DNA of 64,000 nucleotides from a virus (Duplodnaviria; Caudoviricetes): IMG/VR virus record IMGVR_UViG_3300005937_000003, positions 1 to 64,000 of that record; one strand, 5' to 3'. Shown piece by piece: positions 62,208 to 64,000 of this stretch (position 1 is its first letter; each line of letters starts with the position of its first letter). The notes under the pieces were generated by a model. It saw only the letters and a program-made list of their open reading frames with translations, ran no database searches and was not told where the DNA came from. The position numbers and the translations under genes were made by a program.

Positions 62208-62969
62208 CTAGTTGTCCATGCCCGTCAGGTCGCGCATGACGTTGATGGACGGGGCCACCCTGTTGAAGTAGGCGCGGCGCTGGGCGGGCGACATGCGGCT
62301 GACGTCCTCGGCGCTGACATCCTTGGGGTCCACCGTGAAGGCCTCGCCCGTCTCCTCGCTGATGATCGTGGTGGGCACGAAGCCGCGCTTGTCGTTGCTG
62401 ATCATGAGCGTCGCGTCGCCCTGGTGGCGCATGCCCGTCCACAGCTTCGAGACGGTCATCGCGCCCGCCTTCTGCTGCTCCAGGGTCTGGCGCCAGATGG
62501 TCGTGCCCGCCAGCGTGTCGGTGATGCTGACCCACTCCAGCCAGGGCACGGTGCGCTCGACCACGTACCACTCCTGGCGGGCGCGCTCCAGCGCCGCCGC
62601 ATCGGCCTCGGGCTTGGTGCCGACGCGGGCCGCCAGGCTGTGCTGCTCGTCGCCAGAAGCGGCCAGCGCCGTCATCCACAGGTCGGTGCTGCCCTGCGCC
62701 CTGGCCCAGTCGTACCACGGCTGGACGGCGTTCTCCTCGGCGTCGATGGCGACCTCGAACAGGATGCGCGTCTTGTCCACGAAGGCCCACTCGTCGCGCA
62801 TCCTGGCCCAACCCTGGCCAGTGCGCGGGCTGGTCGTCAGCCACACCACGTCGGGACCAGCGTGGGGCTGTCGGGGATCGAGGCTGACGTTGGATTCGGT
62901 CGTCTTCAGGTAGCCCGCAGCCATGATGGCGGGCAGGTGATACAGGCTGGTCAGATGATAGAGCTTCAC
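62208..62969 (-). CDS. Putative ADP-ribosyltransferase-fold protein
   Basis: KLYHLTS...I...GYL, VVWLTT, EWYV motif order typical of ART/DarT-like folds. Confidence 0.5.
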   Translation of the reverse strand: MKLYHLTSLYHLPAIMAAGYLKTTESNVSLDPRQPHAGPDVVWLTTSPRTGQGWARMRDEWAFVDKTRILFEVAIDAEENAVQPWYDWARAQGSTDLWMTALAASGDEQHSLAARVGTKPEADAAALERARQEWYVVERTVPWLEWVSITDTLAGTTIWRQTLEQQKAGAMTVSKLWTGMRHQGDATLMISNDKRGFVPTTIISEETGEAFTVDPKDVSAEDVSRMSPAQRRAYFNRVAPSINVMRDLTGMDN

Positions 62970-63145
62970 GCCCCGCCTCCAGGCAGGCGACGCCACGAGC
63001 CGTAGACCCGCAGCGCCGCGATTGCAGTAACCAGGCCAGCCAGCAGCGCGGCGGGGATGACCCCGAACGCTGCTGTCAGGCCGAACACGCCCACCCCGAG
63101 AAGGGTGATGATGCCGAACAGGGTGAGTTGCAGGGAGCGGTTCAT
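62966..63145 (-). CDS. Two-TM small membrane protein
   Basis: MNRSLQLTLFGIITLLGVGVFGLTAAFGVIPAALLAGLVTAIAAL; both ends coupled by 4-nt overlaps. Confidence 0.6.
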   Translation of the reverse strand: MNRSLQLTLFGIITLLGVGVFGLTAAFGVIPAALLAGLVTAIAALRVYGSWRRLPGGGA

Positions 63146-63969
63146 GACCGCTCCTCGCGCACCAGGCTGATGATCTCGGCGCCCTCGGGCGTCTGCGCCA
63201 GCGCCGCCTGGGCGGCGTCGATGTAGCTCGCGGCCTGGACGCGCATGTGCACCTCGGTGCGCACCGTCACGTGCCAGGTGTGCCCGCCAGGCGTGCCGTA
63301 CATCTTGGCCGCGATGGCACCAGCGACAGGATCTCCCACAGGCGCAGGCTCGGGCGTGGGTTCGGCCACGATGGCCTCTGGGGCCTCTACGGGCGCCCTG
63401 GCAGCCTCTACGCTCGCCTCGATGGCTGCCAGGGCCTCCTGCGCGGCCAGGGCCTCCTGGCGCTTCTTGTGGTAGTAGGCGCGAGACTTGGCGCGCTTCT
63501 CCTCGTCGGTCATCTTGGGGATGCCGTGCCTGGCCATGATGGCCACCAGCACCGTGGACTTGACGTGGTAGTCGCGCAGGACGTCTTGGAAGCTGCCCGC
63601 CCGGGCGCGCATCAGTTCAACGATCTCGTCTTCCTGCGGGTGCAGCGGCCCATCGGGGATCGGCTCGCTCGGCACGGGCACACCCTCCTCCACGACTGGG
63701 ACGGCGGCGGGCAAGACCGCTTCGATCTCGGCCTGCTCGCGCTTGGCTCGCGCCTCGGCATCCTTCTGGCGCACCGTCTCGTACGGCACGCCGAACTTCT
63801 CGATGATCTGCGCCAGGACGCGGCCCTGGACGTGGTAGTCGCGCTGGACGTCGTGAAACTTGGCGCCATCGCGGATGGCCTGCGCAATCGCCTCCTCCTC
63901 GGCGTGCAGGCGCCCGCTGGCAGCCAGGCTGGCCTGGTCGGCCAGCACTTGATCAACTGCGGTAGTCAC
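63142..63969 (-). CDS. Protein with two tandem HTH-like repeats
   Basis: IRDGAKFHDVQRDYHVQGRVLAQIIEKFGVP vs MRARAGSFQDVLRDYHVKSTVLVAIMARHGIP; SD AAGGAAGG. Confidence 0.7.
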   Translation of the reverse strand: MTTAVDQVLADQASLAASGRLHAEEEAIAQAIRDGAKFHDVQRDYHVQGRVLAQIIEKFGVPYETVRQKDAEARAKREQAEIEAVLPAAVPVVEEGVPVPSEPIPDGPLHPQEDEIVELMRARAGSFQDVLRDYHVKSTVLVAIMARHGIPKMTDEEKRAKSRAYYHKKRQEALAAQEALAAIEASVEAARAPVEAPEAIVAEPTPEPAPVGDPVAGAIAAKMYGTPGGHTWHVTVRTEVHMRVQAASYIDAAQAALAQTPEGAEIISLVREERS

Positions 63970-64000
63970 GGGATCGGGGGTTCCTTCCTTTCCGTTCTGT

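Overview
This window is a contiguous 64 kb slice of a GC-rich, contractile-tailed (PBSX/Xkd-like myovirus) phage or prophage genome. Essentially all real genes are on the minus strand, and the long plus-strand ORFs are antisense shadows. Reading in transcription order (right to left): (1) Early/middle region, about 64-40.8 kb, with DUF932, ParB-like and TOPRIM proteins, a Cro/XRE HTH, Rad52-type annealase, 2OG-Fe(II) oxygenase, NADAR, a replication initiator with internal iterons, DnaB, VRR-NUC, RNase H, a DNA methyltransferase, a MazG-like protein and many mini-ORFs. (2) TerS, TerL and portal. (3) An accessory block of about 15 kb between portal and head protease. It holds an iron-permease-family gene, a NUDIX/tRNA-Cys mini-operon, an un-annotated plus-strand Flp-pilin-like gene, a 2621-aa MuF polyvalent protein (zincin + about 16 KOW/SH3-like modules + PI3K/HipA-like kinase + ART-like tip) followed by two small genes, a secreted Rpf muralytic enzyme and a candidate structured RNA. 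(4) Head, neck, sheath/tube, chaperone with a probable -1 frameshift, tape measure (SLT), LysM, hub (NlpC/P60), collagen spike and a LamG fibre gene that runs off the left edge. Twelve copies of an 18-bp operator-like palindrome overlap sigma70-type promoters, many of which look leaderless. Chloroflexota as host is an inference from protein features only. No integrase, CRISPR array, canonical lysis cassette or baseplate wedge genes were seen in the window. All family calls are from motif recognition by eye, with no database searches.
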